This document shows positions 37,813 through 39,412 of a DNA stretch of 39,412 nucleotides, piece by piece. Under the pieces are notes generated by a model. That model ran no database searches. It saw nothing but the letters and a program-made list of their open reading frames with translations, and was not told the origin of the DNA. Made by a program: the position numbers and the translations under genes. Origin of the DNA: Thiobacillus sp. (GTDB lineage Bacteria > Pseudomonadota > Gammaproteobacteria > Burkholderiales > Thiobacillaceae); contig JBAPWR010000042.1 in the NCBI GenBank assembly GCA_049283775.1, forward strand, positions 1-39,412, written 5' to 3'. How positions within the stretch are numbered: position 1 is the stretch's first letter; each line of letters begins with the position of its first letter.

Positions 37813-39412
37813 ATGTCTGAGCCATCTGGGTCCATCGCCACGCGGCGACTGAACTGGCTGGAGGGGCTGGCGTCATTGATCGCGCAGGTCGCGCCCGGAC
37901 GCTGGCTGGCGCTGATGCTGCTGGCGCTGCACGCGGCGGTTGTGCTCGACGCCGACGCCACGCTGACGCGAGCATTTCTGCTGGCGCATTACGGACTGTT
38001 TCTGTTGTGGCAGCCGCTGGTACGCAGCGAAGCGCGCATCGAGCCCCGCCTCGCCCTGCCGGTGTTTGCCATGGCCGCGTTGCTGGTGCTGGTGGAAAGC
38101 CCGTGGGTGATGGCACTCTGGCTCGCCATCCTGACCGGACTGGTCGGTGCGGCTGCGGCTTCGCAAAGCCAGCGCAGTCAGCGCGTCGCTTATTTGTTGG
38201 CGCTCACTTATCTGCTTGCCTTGCTGCTGGCCTGGGTGCTGCCGCAAAGCCTGGGCGGCGACGCCCTGCCTGAGGAGGTTCAGGTCGGGGTGCGCTATGT
38301 GCTGCCGCTGCTGCCGCTGGTGATCCTGTTCGTTCCCGCCGCACGCCAGCGTGGCGTCTCGTCGACACTCGATTTCGTCTATGGCCTGATGCTCTCGCTG
38401 CTGGTCATGGTGGTGGCGCTGGGCGCGTTCGCGGTCGTGGCCGTTGCCAAGGTGAGCTATGCATGGGCCCTGGTGCAAACCCTGCTGGGGATGGCGATTC
38501 TGCTGCTGGCGCTGTCCTGGCTGTGGAATCCGCGCGCCGGATTTACGGGGCTTGGGCAGGTGACCTCGCGCTACCTGCTGTCGGTGGGCCTGCCGTTCGA
38601 AGGCTGGGCGCGGCGTCTCGCCACCCTGGCAGAGCGCGAGCGCGATCCCGAATCCTTCGTCCGCGATACCCTGGCCGACCTGCACGAACTGACCTGGATA
38701 CGCGGCGGTCGCTGGCAGGCGGCGCGCGGCGAGGGCACGTTCGGGGAGCCCGCCGAGCATTCCATCACCCATGACTTTCACGGGCTGCGCGTGACCTGGC
38801 AATCGCAGCGCCCGCTCACGCCTGCGCTGGCGCTGCACGTGCGCCTGCTGTCGCAGCTGCTGGGCTACTTCTATGCTGCCAAGGTGCGCGAGCAGACGCT
38901 GCGCGAGCAGGCCTACAGCCAGGCGATCCACGATACCGGCGCGCGCCTGACCCACGACGTCAAGAACATCCTGCAGTCGATGAAGACCCTGCTGGCCGCG
39001 GCCGACACCTCCACGCCCGAAGATAGCGAACGCCTGCTGGCCCTGATGAAGCGCCAGTTGCCGCAGCTCGCTTCGCGTCTGTCGCAGACCGTCGACAAGC
39101 TCAAGCAGCCGGCCGAACTCGATGTCGCGCAGGTTCCGGCACCGGTGTGGTGGGCGGCCTTGCAGAGCCGCTATGAACACGACGATGTGAGGTTTGTCGC
39201 AGAGGGGCTCGACGAGACGTCGCTGCCGCAGGATCTCTTCGACAGCGTGGTCGACAACCTGCTGACCAATGCCTTGCGCAAGCGTCAGAGCCAGCCCAAT
39301 GTGGCGGTGGAAGTGCGGCTGCTGCTGAAGCCGCTGGTGAGCCTGACTGTGACCGACAGTGGCGAGCCGGCGCCGGAACACGTGGCACGCAATCTGTTCC
39401 TCAGTCCGGTGT
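37813..39412 (+). CDS. Multi-TM sensor histidine kinase, truncated by the window end
   Basis: Open frame from ATG 37813 (alternative 37753) to the window end, absent from the ORF track. Hydrophobic N-terminus, H-box ARLTHDVKNILQ, N-box DNLLTNA, G1-like VTDSGEP. Confidence 0.88.
   Translation, partial: MSEPSGSIATRRLNWLEGLASLIAQVAPGRWLALMLLALHAAVVLDADATLTRAFLLAHYGLFLLWQPLVRSEARIEPRLALPVFAMAALLVLVESPWVMALWLAILTGLVGAAAASQSQRSQRVAYLLALTYLLALLLAWVLPQSLGGDALPEEVQVGVRYVLPLLPLVILFVPAARQRGVSSTLDFVYGLMLSLLVMVVALGAFAVVAVAKVSYAWALVQTLLGMAILLLALSWLWNPRAGFTGLGQVTSRYLLSVGLPFEGWARRLATLAERERDPESFVRDTLADLHELTWIRGGRWQAARGEGTFGEPAEHSITHDFHGLRVTWQSQRPLTPALALHVRLLSQLLGYFYAAKVREQTLREQAYSQAIHDTGARLTHDVKNILQSMKTLLAAADTSTPEDSERLLALMKRQLPQLASRLSQTVDKLKQPAELDVAQVPAPVWWAALQSRYEHDDVRFVAEGLDETSLPQDLFDSVVDNLLTNALRKRQSQPNVAVEVRLLLKPLVSLTVTDSGEPAPEHVARNLFLSPV

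Noticed and set aside
37873..39381. 502-aa minus-strand ORF and other long antisense ORFs (8945-10636, 13230-15143, 20226-21821, 23470-25149, 34758-36335)
   Set aside because: Shadow ORFs opposite well-supported genes, expected at high GC; no domains recognised.

Overview
A 39.4-kb, GC-rich, gene-dense stretch of core chromosome. It is most consistent with a sulfur-oxidising betaproteobacterium of the Thiobacillus type; this is inferred from gene content (SoxW-like thioredoxin, DUF302, TusE/DsrC homolog, hprK-containing rpoN operon). It holds about 48 CDS and tRNA-Gly(CCC), including mog, corA, algC, ilvE, RNase T2 plus a TPR gene, mutY, thiS-thiG-trmB-marC, gnd-zwf-pgl, ylqF, greB, a long minus-strand run (kdsD-kdsC-lptCAB-rpoN-hpf-ptsN-hprK-rapZ-NusG-II-Gx-ubiX...), a CPA2 antiporter, a stand-alone pilin and a divergent histidine kinase cut by the window edge. 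No integrase, transposase or CRISPR array was seen. The most interesting signal is non-coding: a c-di-GMP-I (GEMM-I) riboswitch with a 72-nt two-hairpin insertion in P3, lying in the leader of a 743-aa DUF1631-type gene and downstream of a sigma28-like promoter. Other highlights are sigma54 sites before gnd-zwf-pgl, rpoN and the pilin (with an IHF site), an EetA/EetB-like pair coupled to ubiX, an exported RNase T2-TPR pair, a TusE/DsrC homolog without C-terminal cysteines, and a G-quadruplex-prone heptamer repeat. All calls come from reading the sequence by eye; no searches were run.
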